Below, piece by piece: positions 14,346 to 25,992 of a stretch of 64,000 nucleotides of DNA. Numbering within the stretch: the stretch's first letter is position 1; every line of letters starts with the position of its first letter. The stretch is taken from NCBI GenBank assembly GCA_951406725.2, contig OX597814.1:186868001-186932000 (forward strand), read 5' to 3'. The position numbers and the translations under genes were made by a program. Under the pieces are notes generated by a model. The model saw nothing but the letters and a program-made list of their open reading frames with translations. It had not been told where the DNA came from and did not search any database. This DNA comes from Octopus vulgaris. Lineage: Eukaryota.

Positions 14346-16490
14346 TATTTTATTATTTGTTTTGCTGGTGTTTACTGTAATCCCTGTTTATGCACTACAG
14401 TCAGTTGAAACAGAAAAACAGAAGAACCACTTTTTGAGACTTGCAGACCACCATCAAAATGAAAACAGCAACCGTATCAATTTAATGGACATGTTGGACA
14501 TAAAGTGGTCTTTGCTAGTGTATATAGAAGCTATGAAGCACCTAATAAGGAGAAATCAAAGCTCTTGCAATTCTGTAATGCAAATGACCTCACTATCTGC
14601 AACACCAACTTCAAGAAACTGGCAAGCCATCTCATTACCTACTTATCAAGTGAACCCAGAAGCCACCTAGACTTCATACCAGAGAAAAGAACAGAGTTGA
14701 TGCAAATGCTCAGTCTATTCCTGGAGAAGAATGTATCACCCAACATAACATAGTGGTTAGAGACTTCAGAATAAGAGCCAAACAGACACAGAAAGAAAAG
14801 ACAATCTGGAGAAGGAGGAAATGGAAGTTAAAAGAGCAAAAACACAGCAGTAGATTTAAAGCCATATTAATAGATGCTTAAGAGATTTAACAAAATAATA
14901 CAACAGAGGACAAATGGGAGTTTCTTTGAGCTATCCACATGAAGGTTACAGGCCAAACTTATGACTGAGGTGCCTAGGCAAAGTCCCAACCAAATAGATG
15001 ACATAATGGTGTAATATCTCTGTAGAGAAAACCATAATGACAAAGAGACAAGCTCAGAAACACTGGTATAAAGGAAACAGCAAAAAGCAATACTGAGTTA
15101 CAAGAAGAGATACCTCAGGTATATGTAGCATGATGAGAAGCTGTAAGAAGTTTACCAATTTTCTAAGATGTGAGGGTATGAGGTATTCTGGATTCCAAGG
15201 CAGTATGTGAGAGAAAATCAAGATGTCACTGGGGAGAAATATGTATTGAATGGTAATGTCACTGTTACTCTTATGGACAACGAAAAGAAAGAAGAAACCA
15301 TTTTTACCTCAGTTTTAGACAGTAGAATAAAAGGAGAATATTTAAAAAGAAAAACCAACATTGTAGCTGAACCCCAGTAGATATAGACCTTCCAAAGATT
15401 ACAATAAAAAGTCCCTGTGTGAAACAAAATAACAAATGAAAATGATTTTCAGTTATACTTGTAAAGATACTGAGCTAAGCTGAATTAAATAAGAATAATG
15501 ATTGTACATCACCAATTCCTTGAGGAATGGGAAACAATAGTTAATAGTAAATTAACTAAAAATACAGTTATGAGGCATGGGAGGGCTATTATGAGAAGTT
15601 GTTGAATGAGGAAAATGTATGGGGGAAAGGTATGTTTGAAATAGACTTAACAAAGAGATAAGTCATCCAAACTGACAGCAGTATCTTACACAGAACTGGA
15701 CAGAGCAATTAAAGATATAAAGGCAAGGAAGGCACCCAGCCTTTACATCTTAAATGATAAATATCAACACTAAGATGCTTAAAATATCAGGTGGAGTGGG
15801 ATATAAGCTGGTCACCAGTAGCGTAAATCAGGTAGTACAAGAAGGTATCACCCAATAACTGACAGCAGCATCATTGTCAATTGCTACAAAGACAAACCAA
15901 GCATATTAGAGAGAAGAAACTCCATAGTATTAAACTGTAGGACCAAATTATGGTAAGAGCTATAGCACAAATAATTACAAAGTGAATTAACAGATGTGAA
16001 ACAGTTTTGTTTTGTTTTAGAAAGCACTATTGTTGCCATTTTTCTAGTTAGACAGCTGCAGAGAAAATATCTAGCCAGAAGTAAGCCTCTATATCTGACA
16101 TTTGTTGATTTAGAGAAGGTTTTGACAAAGTCCACCACTTGATCATCTGATAGTCAATGAGGAACATTGGAGTAGATGAATGGCAAGTGAGAGCTGTACA
16201 ACCCATGTACAGAAGTGCAGTCAGCAAGGTGAGAGTTAGTAATGAGTATAGCAATAAATTCAGTGTGAAAGTAGGGGTGTACTACACCTCAGTCCTCAGC
16301 CCCTTTCCCTTTATTATGGTTTTTTTAAACCACACTGAAAGAGTTTAAGAAGAGTTGCTCATGGGTCATTTGTTGCTTCTCATCATTGAATCTGTAGTAG
16401 AATTAGGAAAGAAATTCCAAACATGGAAATAAAAACTAAAATCAAGAGGCTTCAAAGTGAATTTAACAAAGATTAAGGTATTAGTATATA

Positions 16491-18255
16491 TTGGGTTGGC
16501 AACTAAGCTCCCGCCGTTTTTTTAAATATAAATTTTTTAAAAGGTTTAATAAAAAATAACAACTGATTAATCAATAATGTATTCACCCTTGTTGTTTACA
16601 ACTTCTTCCCAACGTTCAACAAGATTTTCAATACCTTGTTGGTAGAAATCACCCAATTTCCACTTGAAAAATTCATTCAACCAAGCTCTCAATTCTACAT
16701 CAATATTGAATGAAACTCCACGCATAACATTTGAAAGAGATCAAAAGAGGTGGAAATCCATTGGTGCCAAATCAAGAGAGTACATCAGGTGTGGCAGCAC
16801 TTCCCAGCCATATGTTTGAATGGCTTCCTTGGTCATATTGGTGATATGAGGGCGGGCATTGCCATGCAGCAGCAGAACTCCATGCTGCCGATTAGGTCTT
16901 TTCTCTTGAATAGCCACGTTAAGTCATTCCATCTGTTGAACATAGAGTTCTGCATTGACCATTTGGTTCCATTCAAGCAATTCGTAATGGATAATCCCTT
17001 CCCAGTCCCGCTATATGTACAATATCCTTTTACGTGGATGAAGATCTTGTTTCACGCGTGGTGTTGCTTGTGTAGGGTTTAGATGACCGCACGTAAGGAG
17101 TTGGCGACAATGGTGGAGACGATGTGAAGATGAAGTACGATGATGGTGATGACGGCGGCAGAGATTGAGAATGTCCTACGTTGCGGGTGTACATTAACGT
17201 TGTAGTGGCTGAAGCTGGAGCATGGCTGGTAGGCTGGTCATCGGTCGCTGGAACTGGAACATGGCTGAGTAGCTCTGTGGTCAGTGACTAGATCTTAAAA
17301 GGTCTAAAGCCGAAAGACCAAGAATAGTGAAAACAAGCGCCTTATAAATAGTTAAGGTGGCTCAAATGAAGCAGGCCTTATCCGAAGGCCATGATTGGTT
17401 AGCTGTACACTCTGGCACAAAATAAGTCGAGAGACAGACCATGCCAGCTGCCAACCAATCAGATCAGTGGATACAACAGGATCAAACCAGCCAAAGATGG
17501 TTGTAATCTCAAACAAGCTCATTCTTACTGTGTCTCTCAAACAGTGAGGATATCAGATATGCTACACTTGTTTACTGGGGCTAAGCCATTCCTTACGCTG
17601 CTTCATATTGATGTACAGGCACCATTTTTCATCGCCAGTAACAATTTGGTAAAGAAATCGTTGCTTGTGTCCATGAGTTGAGCAGTGATAAGCAAGCAAA
17701 CCACTAGAGATTGTGACTCGTTAATTTTTGTTGTTGTCACTTAAAGCATGCAGAACCCATGCTCCATACTTCTGAATCTTTCCCATTGAGTGAAGATGCT
17801 TCTCTACAGCATCCAGTTCCCTTGTTTGGCGAGAATTTTCATGCAAAAGTTGATTTAATCACTCTTCATTGAACTCAACTGGACGGCCAGAACGTGGTGC
17901 GTCATTGGGGTCAAAATTTCAATTTTTGAATTTGGCATACCAATCACAAGCAGTTGTTTCAGCTATGGCACTCTCTCCATACACAGCACAAATGTTGCGA
18001 GCAGCTTTTGCAGCCCTAGAACCTTGATTAAAAGCAAAAAGAAGGAGGTGTTGAAAATGCTTATTTTTCTTAACTTGACAGTCCACTTTAATGATCTGAA
18101 AATAAACAAAAATTAATTAAAATTAACTAGAAAAAAAAAAAAAGATTCCAAAATGATTCAAAATTAGAATTCTCAAAAACAATAGATTCCAAAATTTAAA
18201 AACGCAATAAATTCCAAAATTTAAAGCAACAGTGGGAACTTAGTTGCCAACGCAA
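16491..18255 (-). mobile_element. Mariner copy of the 5800-7083 family, inserted in the LINE and interrupted by a solo LTR
   Basis: TIRs ttgggttggcaactaag / cttagttgccaacgcaa with TA on both sides; colinear reverse-complement similarity to 5800-7083. Confidence 0.95.
17071..17566 (-). mobile_element. Solo LTR (496 bp), probably Gypsy-type
   Basis: Termini TGTAG...CTACA; 4-bp TSD CTTG (17067-17070, 17567-17570); absent from the paralogous mariner; CCAAT followed by a TATA-like tatttataa on the minus strand suggests orientation. Confidence 0.85.
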
Positions 18256-19091
18256 TAGAAGAGAAGGCAGGATCTTGCTATTACTAAGGAAATGACCATG
18301 CTTGATATGTAGAACAGGAGTAGGTAGCAATTCCATAGTGTACTTGTGTACACTATGACCATGCAAGAGGTATAGTGGGATCACAAGCAGGCAGAGAAAG
18401 GAGATAAACTTTTCATATGGCAAGTAAAGGGGAGAAAGTACTAAGAACACAGGTGAAACAGACTTTCCACAAATAGCTCTCTAGAAGTATATGATAACTT
18501 TTCTTGCCTTGGGGGCCTAATTAGCAGTTAGAGTAGGTACACTGAAAGCATACTAGCCATAATAAGAAATGGTTGGAAAAAGTTCTGAGCACCGTTACCT
18601 CTGCTGGCAACAAATCACTTTCCCACAGAGTAGAGTTTAAATTGTATACGGCACAATGTTGCATGGTAGGGAGACATAGGCCTTGAACTCAGATTTGTGA
18701 AGACTAGAAAATATGAAGTGAGCATGTTCTGCTAGATGTTTTAATATAAATGCACATGAATGATGGAGCATAAATAAGCTGAGAGAAAAACTGAACACAA
18801 GAAGATTGAGATATTGTGTGCAAGAGAAAAGACTGTGTTGGTATGAGCATATGATATGTATAGAGGAGCACAGCTGAATAAAAATGGACCAAGCACTCAA
18901 AATAATTGGAAAGTGTGGAAGAGAAAAACCCAGAAAGACTTGAATAAAGTAATGAAGATAAATCTGAAGCAGTTGTATCTCACAGAGGAGATGACAAAGG
19001 TTGATAACAATTGAGGACACATTGTGCAGAAGATCCACTCACCAGTCAAAGCATAACATAAAGACATTGAAACTGTGTGTGTATCTATCAA

Positions 19092-19133
<42 letters not shown>

Positions 19134-19144
19134 CACATATATAT

Positions 19145-19321
19145 AAATACATGGAGAAGAAATAGCTGTGATGAACAGGTTTTAAAGCCAGGAGTGATGC
19201 ATGTGGTGTAAAAAATTGGTAGTGCCGATAGAATTTAACTATACAACCAATTTTTTACACCACATGCATCACTTTTAGCTTTAAAACCTGTTCATCATAG
19301 CTATTTCTTCTTCGTGTATTT
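19145..19321. repeat. Hairpin-forming inverted repeat (76-bp arms, 25-nt loop)
   Basis: 19145-19220 is the reverse complement of 19246-19321 with about six mismatches. Confidence 0.9.
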
Positions 19322-20076
19322 TGCTAACTTCTCATCACATTTATCTCTTGTGGATCTTACCAGTTTCTTATTCTTTGGACACTCTATTAAACTCTCTGGA
19401 CCTTTTACCAGTGTTGTGTAATTTTTTATCAATTTCTTTGCCTTTTCTCTTCACAGAATTTATGCATTTTCTCTCTTTCAAATTTTAGTTTAAACTTACC
19501 CTTTTGTTAAAAAGATTTCACATTCTCATATAATTTTGTTATAAACTTGTGCACATACCAACTACAGACCCTACCACCACCTCCACCACAATACCCTTGC
19601 CAGCCCCTAGGCCTTACCAATATCTTTTTTCCCTTCACAGTCACACCTACTCTCACCTCACATGCATGCTTTCAATTAATGATTATACAAACACCTACTA
19701 ACCTATGATACAACACTTCCACAACTCTACATACATATATACACCACATTAAACACAAACACACACACGCACACCACTGACTCTCTGCACCTTATGACTA
19801 CTTCCAGACAGAGATACATTCTTATACTTGTCTCTACACATCAGTACATTCCTCCCTTAACTCCCCAACTACAGAATCATATTCCCACCTAGTTTCTAAC
19901 CTTTCACCTGTTTTTCTTTTTCTTTCTCACTGATTATTTCTCTGTCGTTTCTTTGCTTCTCTCTTCTGATGAAAATGTTAAGATGCTTTCTCTTTCTATT
20001 AAAGCACTTATTTGTTAACCCTTGTTCCTTCTGTGTTGTCTTTTTTTTTCACACACACACACACACACACACACCT

Positions 20077-20880
20077 ACTGAGGCTGGAAAAATAATGGAA
20101 ACACTTTGTTAAATGGGAGTTTTATTATTTAGAATGAAGTTGGTCCACCTTTGGCAACGATCACAGCTTTAATATATTAAGGAACTGACTTGTATAGATT
20201 CTGAATGGTTGTTAGGGGAAATTTAAGTCATTCTTTAAGTAAAACCTGCTTAAGCTCTTTCAACAATGATGAGAGGGAAACAGCTCTTCGTTCATTGCTC
20301 CAAAAGCCAGAAAAAATATTAAATTACATTGAAATCAAGTGATTGTTGAGGCCAATTTAAGTGGTCTGCTTCACTTTTGTGCTCTTACTGATTTTGAATA
20401 ACATTAGTCATGTAAATTAGTGCATTATCATTCTGAAAGATTGTGCTACTATAAGCAGGACATGATGAGCCAGAAAACTCAGATAATCCTTGGTGTTAAC
20501 TCTGCTATAGAGAACAACTAAAGAGCCAAGAGAATTCTTTGATATGGTTGCCTGAGTCAATGGCATTTTTGGGAGTTGTCTCCAGGTATAAACATGCCTT
20601 GAAGTGGAGAAAAAGTGAATGATGATTCATCAGAGATAACATTGTTCCATTGAGTCATTGACCACTTCTGATAGTCTACCCACCATTTTTTCTTCTTATC
20701 AAAGTTGATGGGGGACAGGAGAAGTTTAGCAATTGCAGCTCTTCCATTACGTCCAGTTTTGTGGAACTCACAATGTATGCATGAGTTGACAAAAGGTTAG
20801 CTCTACTGTCACTTTTGCTGCTATAGTTCAATGGTTTTTAGACAATACATTTCACTATTCTGTTGTCCCTGTCTGCAGGT
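20077..20880 (-). mobile_element. Tc1-like transposon relic
   Basis: Minus strand gives WPQQSLDFNVI (WPxQSPDLNPIE-like) and a QNDNA-like motif; TIR-like end ctggaaaaataatggaaacac. Confidence 0.75.
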
Positions 20881-20959
20881 GTCATCCATATACACCAGTT
20901 ATCTAAATGATTGTAACTAGAATTTATATTGGATTTATTGATTCAAAGAAGTGATTGGT

Positions 20960-21250
20960 TATTATATCAATGCTTTCATTAGTGATGTGGAACCTACAAA
21001 ATCTTTGAACTTAGAAGCAAAGCCCTTGAGTATTTTCAACTTTTTCCTCAAAAACTTTTGTCAGGATGAACAATGGGACCACAAGGTATGTGCATCAGCA
21101 GGACAACACCACTTCTATAGCATCAGTGGAAGAAATGAAGACATATCCTGGAATCCTTTTTTGTAATGATGGCTGTGCAGCTTCTAAATTAAGAAACCAC
21201 TGGAACCTAAATTCAGCAGAGACAAGAAAATCGATGCCTAGGAATAGATA
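20960..21250 (+). mobile_element. Possible piggyBac-like transposase relic
   Basis: TTRYVHQQ..SVEEMKTYPGILF..LRNHWN resembles the piggyBac N-terminal region. Confidence 0.45.
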
Positions 21251-21499
21251 ATTTGTAAATATATATGAAAACACCCACATATAAATCAATTTACCAATAT
21301 CTAACCTATCTGAGTGGTGATAGTGACATTGACAACAGGTAAAAATGACATTCACAATAACACCAACAATCATAACATCTCATTGCCAATTTTTATCAAA
21401 CTTCATGCAGCAGTTATATTTTTAAGACATTTAACACTGGTCTCATTGCATTTTATTAAAAAGTTTCTAGTTTCTAACAGAATTAGGAGATTTATATAG

Positions 21500-21960
21500 A
21501 GAAAGCACTTCAGGAAACTAAGAGTTTATCCTTCTCTACATGAATGTCCCTTGGTATTTAGAAATAATGTTTTCCATCTGCAAAAAGAGCAATCTCTGAA
21601 ATACCTGCTTATAACAGATCTATTACTCTCACTTCCAACATCTCAAAAAGTGATTGAAATAGTTGTTAATCACCTCCTTAAACACCTTGAAATTCTTTAC
21701 TTTCCCAGTGAAGACCAGTATGGCAGCCAAGGACCAATCTACTGAAGGTATACTCTCATATGTCACTCACCAGTAGTCAACCATCCTTGAGAACTTTAAC
21801 AAAAGTTCATGTTATTCAATAGCTGATCTGCAAACTCCCAAGCTAAGCTCTGATATACATCCATCTTTTATGACTTGGATCAGAGACCTTCTGTCAAACT
21901 GCACTGCAGATTCACTCTATCAAATCTTGTGTACTTCAAGATTCATCAATATTTTTCTCA
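21500..21960 (+). mobile_element. Degenerate LINE RT fragment (CR1/L2-like)
   Basis: SQKVIEIVVNHLLKHLE..EDQYG and a WIRDLLSN-like motif. Confidence 0.5.
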
Positions 21961-22762
21961 TTCGTCCTTCCACGCATAATTAATTGCTGTCATTTATAAT
22001 CTTGTACCACCAACTTTGAGAGCTTAAGTGGATTTTCCATGGATTTGTCAATGAATTCAAAATATTTTAAAGATGGCATTTCTTCCTGTTCAGCACATAA
22101 CAATAGTCTCCTAATTTTATGAAAGACACCTTATAGAAAAAGCTTGTTGTTACTGGTCATATGGTTAAACATTTTCATTTTCACTGTCTCTTGCTGCTGG
22201 TAATCGTAAATCTGTTTTGATCATGGATAAGATACTTCTGTACTTCTTTATCATTTTTTAAACTTAGACGAGACATGTACAACTTCGCTGTGTCTAGTTA
22301 AAAATCAAATGAAAATAAGAGAAAAAAGTCACTATATATTTCTATTGTTATCTAAAAAATTGTGAAAACAGCAATCAACTGAAATGTTTGGCAATAATAA
22401 GTTTCTCTATTCATTCTGAGTGTTTTCAGTTGCCTGCCTGGTTATCTTTAATTGGTGAAAGGAAGCAGATATGAGCTCATCTCTTTCAACAAACTACTGT
22501 TAATATTACATCATGTATGCAGACATGTCTATTATATCACATACATGTCTGTATATAGAATGATTATTGACTGATTGGAGAGATGGATGGGTTGATCAAT
22601 GAATGAATGCATACATAAAAAGTTATAGATGGATAAAGATACATAGATAGATTGATAGATAAAAAGTTAGATGACTGAACAGAGAGATAAATGAATAGGA
22701 GAGATTGATTGAGGAATAGACTGATGACTAGACAACTAGATTGATGAACTGACAGACAGATA

Positions 22763-23078
22763 CAGTGGAACCTTGGTATATGAATTTAATTCATTTCTGA
22801 AAGCCATTCATCACTAAAACGTTCAGAACCCAAAACTGTTTTCCCATGAGAAATTCAAGAGAAGGTAAGACAAATTCAAGCAAGGATGCGCACTGAGTGA
22901 AAGCTAGACAACTGGTGCTCTCCTGCTGATGCTCTCAGCTTGTCACTAACTATTGTTGTTGGTTTGGATGCTTGTTACTCAAGATACCATTTGTCACCCA
23001 GGACATTTTATGTTCAAAAAATTGTCTGTAGAACAATTTGTTTGTGATGAGAAGGGTTTGTAAACCAAGGTCCCACTG
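22763..23078. mobile_element. pogo/Tigger-type MITE
   Basis: TIRs cagtggaaccttggt / accaaggtcccactg; TA at left, TC at right. Confidence 0.75.
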
Positions 23079-23498
23079 TCGTTTTGGATGAGTATAGTTT
23101 CAGATAGATAATAATCTAAATAAGCAGATGAATATACGTATTAATCAACAGATATAATTACTTTGATAGAAAGATAGTTATTTACATAGACATATAAACA
23201 GACAGACAGATAGATAGAGAAGCCAAGTAAGTAGATACTTGCATATACATAGATGAAAAATGAATATATAGATATTTACCCATATAAACAGAGATACACA
23301 GATTGACAGAGAAAAATGAATAAAGAGATGATAGATAGATGGATAGATTGACAGACAGCCACATACATACTTACATACACACACACACACAGAAGATAAT
23401 CAAGGGACCAATGGATAGATAGATGGTTAGTGACCTAATTGGATAAATATATAGACAGAGAAAGATAGTGACCTTGACATATATATATATATATATAT

Positions 23499-23680
23499 AA
23501 AAAAAGAAAGTTTACGAAAATAAACAAAAGACAAAGGCGGTTGGAGTACAAACAAACAAATGTATTAGTATAGCGCTCAGGAATAGAAAAAGTCTTTTAC
23601 GTTTCGAGCCTACGCTCTTCGACAGAAAGATACACAGAAAAAAACAAGGAGAGAAAAAAATGCGTGTAGGAGCTAACGAT
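23499..23680 (-). mobile_element. Short Penelope pseudo-LTR-like element with a hammerhead-like motif, between (TA)n runs
   Basis: Minus strand 23625-23601 reads CTGTCGA-A-GAGC-gtag-GCTC-GAAAC; CpGs retained; (TA)n on both sides. Confidence 0.55.
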
Positions 23681-23703
23681 CTATATATATATATATATAT
23701 ATA

Positions 23704-24228
23704 CTAGCAGTATCGCCCGGCGTTGCTCGGGTTTGTAAGGGAAATAACTATATAAGCATTTTTAGTGAGTTATAGCAAAAAAAATAGCAAAAAAATGCAT
23801 TAAAAATGGAATAAAAAATGATGGTAATTTTGGTGTCTTTAAGCCATGAAGTCGTTGTTCTAAAAGAACGCTGGTCTCCTTGACAATGCTTTACGACGTT
23901 GATTTCCTTACACTCCCTTCCCCACAGCTTCACAAGGGAGGGAAGAAGGGGGAGAAGCAAACAGGTGCAGATGTGAGCATGGACGCCAACTCCGCCGCCA
24001 TCGACACACGAAAAATTATGCATTAAAATGGAATAAAAAATGATGTTAAATTATTTTAAAAATCGTAGACTCATCGTAGACGCGCGCTAATACTCAGACG
24101 GGCTCGATATGAATCACGACTATAAGATACCCGAATTTGGTTAAACTGCACCGCAAAATGTGGGAGTAGTTAGGAATCTAAATCGAAGGGGACAGACACT
24201 CACACAACTACAGTTTTATATATATAGA
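23704..24228 (-). mobile_element. Non-autonomous Helitron
   Basis: Minus strand A|TC...CTAG|T termini, subterminal hairpin cccgagcaacgccggg, no TSD. Confidence 0.85.
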
Positions 24229-24239
24229 TATACACATAG

Positions 24240-25647
24240 GTAGGTAGATAGATACAAAGAGAAAGGGAGATGGTGAGGAAGAGAAAAGAGTTCCATAAAC
24301 TGAAAAATAGGCACAGATTAATTTATTAATAAATACATAGGTGGATCAGGTGCAAAGGGGATACACAGTTAGATAGATCAATAAATACAGTCAAACAGAC
24401 CAATATATATATCAAGATAGACAGACAGACAGACAAACACAGATAGATGGACAAACAAGCACACAGATAGACAGATGGACAGAAAAACACACAGAAATTG
24501 AAAGACAGACAGAAAGATTGACATATGACTAATAGATGGATCCATAAATATACAGACAGATAGATGTATAGGTGGATGCATAGACAGATAGATACATAAA
24601 CAGACAGACACACAAACTGACAGATAAGTTGATGGATGACGGATGGATGAATGGATAGCTAATGAATATATAGCTAGATGAATGGTTGGGTGAATAGACA
24701 GCTGGGTGGATGGATATATGGGTGGAGGAATAGATATAGACAGACAGTTAGTTGATAGGGTGAGAGATGGATAGACAGATAAGTAGATAGATAGGCAAAG
24801 TGAAGGGATAGATAGATAGATGGATGGATAAGTAGGCTGGAAGATAGATCGATGAATAGACAGGTAGGTAGATACATGGAGGGATAGATAGATGGGTAGT
24901 GGATGGATGGACAGACAGACAGACAGACAGACAACCAGACAGACATGAATGGATGGTTAGAGATACAGGCAGGTATGTAAATAGAAAAATGGATGGATGG
25001 GTGTATAGATAGATGGATAGATGTGTAAATAGTTAAATGGATGGATGGATAGGGAGAAAAGTCAATGGATAGATAGGTAGAGAGATTGATGGGTAGATAA
25101 AGATATAGATGAATGAATTGAGAGATAAATAGATGGATGGATAGATAGCTAGATACTTACATAGATGGATGGTTAGATAGATACATACACACAGATGGAT
25201 GCAGTGATAGATAGACAGACAGATAGATAGATAGATGGACAAACAGACTGATGGAAAGGTATATGGATGGAAAGATAGATAGAATGATACATACATACTG
25301 GGATGTTGGTGGGGTGGGCGGGCGGGTGGATAGAGTCAGATAAATGGATGACAGGATGGATAGATAAACAGGTAGGCGGATGGATGGCTGCATAGATAGA
25401 TAGACATGTAGGTGAATGGATGGATGGATAGATAGATATACAGATGGATAGTTGGGTGGATGGACAGACAGATAGATAGATAGAAGGATGAATAGATATG
25501 TAGGTGAATAGAAAGCCAGATAGATGGATGAATAGATAGATACCTAAAAGGAGTGATGGATGATTTGATAGAGAGATAGGTAGAGGAAAAGATAGACAGG
25601 TAGACGGATGTATAGAAAGACACCTAGATAGGTAGGTAGATAGACAG
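24240..25647 (+). repeat. Degenerate (GATA/GGAT/GACA)n tract
   Basis: Directly visible; produces the spurious S/I/Y/L/H/P-rich minus-strand ORFs. Confidence 0.95.
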
Positions 25648-25992
25648 ATGTACGTATTCGCCACCTCAGCCTGACCTTTCAGAGATAGCTTCCTCTCGGC
25701 CCATAGCTGGTTGAGAGTGACCACCCTGCTCACTATCTCATCCCAGTTCTTCTCCATTTGGATGTCTGGACCAAACCAGACCCTGAGCAATTTAATTGGT
25801 CCAGTGTCCCACGGTGGAGATGCTGTTGGGCAGCATGGGCTTGCTTCTCCAGGTGCCAAGCCACAAGCCCACTGACTTTTTCGGGTTAATTTTTGCTCTT
25901 GTTACCAATTCAAATTCTTTGAGTGTCTCACTGACTAGGTCAATATGCCTGTAGCTTGACACAATGACAGTGACATTGTCTGCATATGCAGA
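25648..25992 (-). mobile_element. L1/Tx1-like LINE RT fragment
   Basis: SAYADNVT and LLRVWFGPD..NWDE..LWAERKLSLKG; clearly related to 31710-32060. Confidence 0.85.

Larger units (their letters stand above)
14360..19060 (+). mobile_element. Highly degenerate RTE-type LINE (endonuclease to C-terminus), split by a mariner
   Basis: APE relic (LLQFCNANDLTICNTNFKK, HLDFI), RT relic (FVDLEKVL, FSVKVGV..SVLSP) and C-terminal relic to ~19060; sequence resumes after the TA at 18256. Confidence 0.8.

Noticed and set aside
19960-20000. ctgatga motif suggesting a second hammerhead
   Set aside because: No stem II or GAAA box follows; at most a decayed relic.
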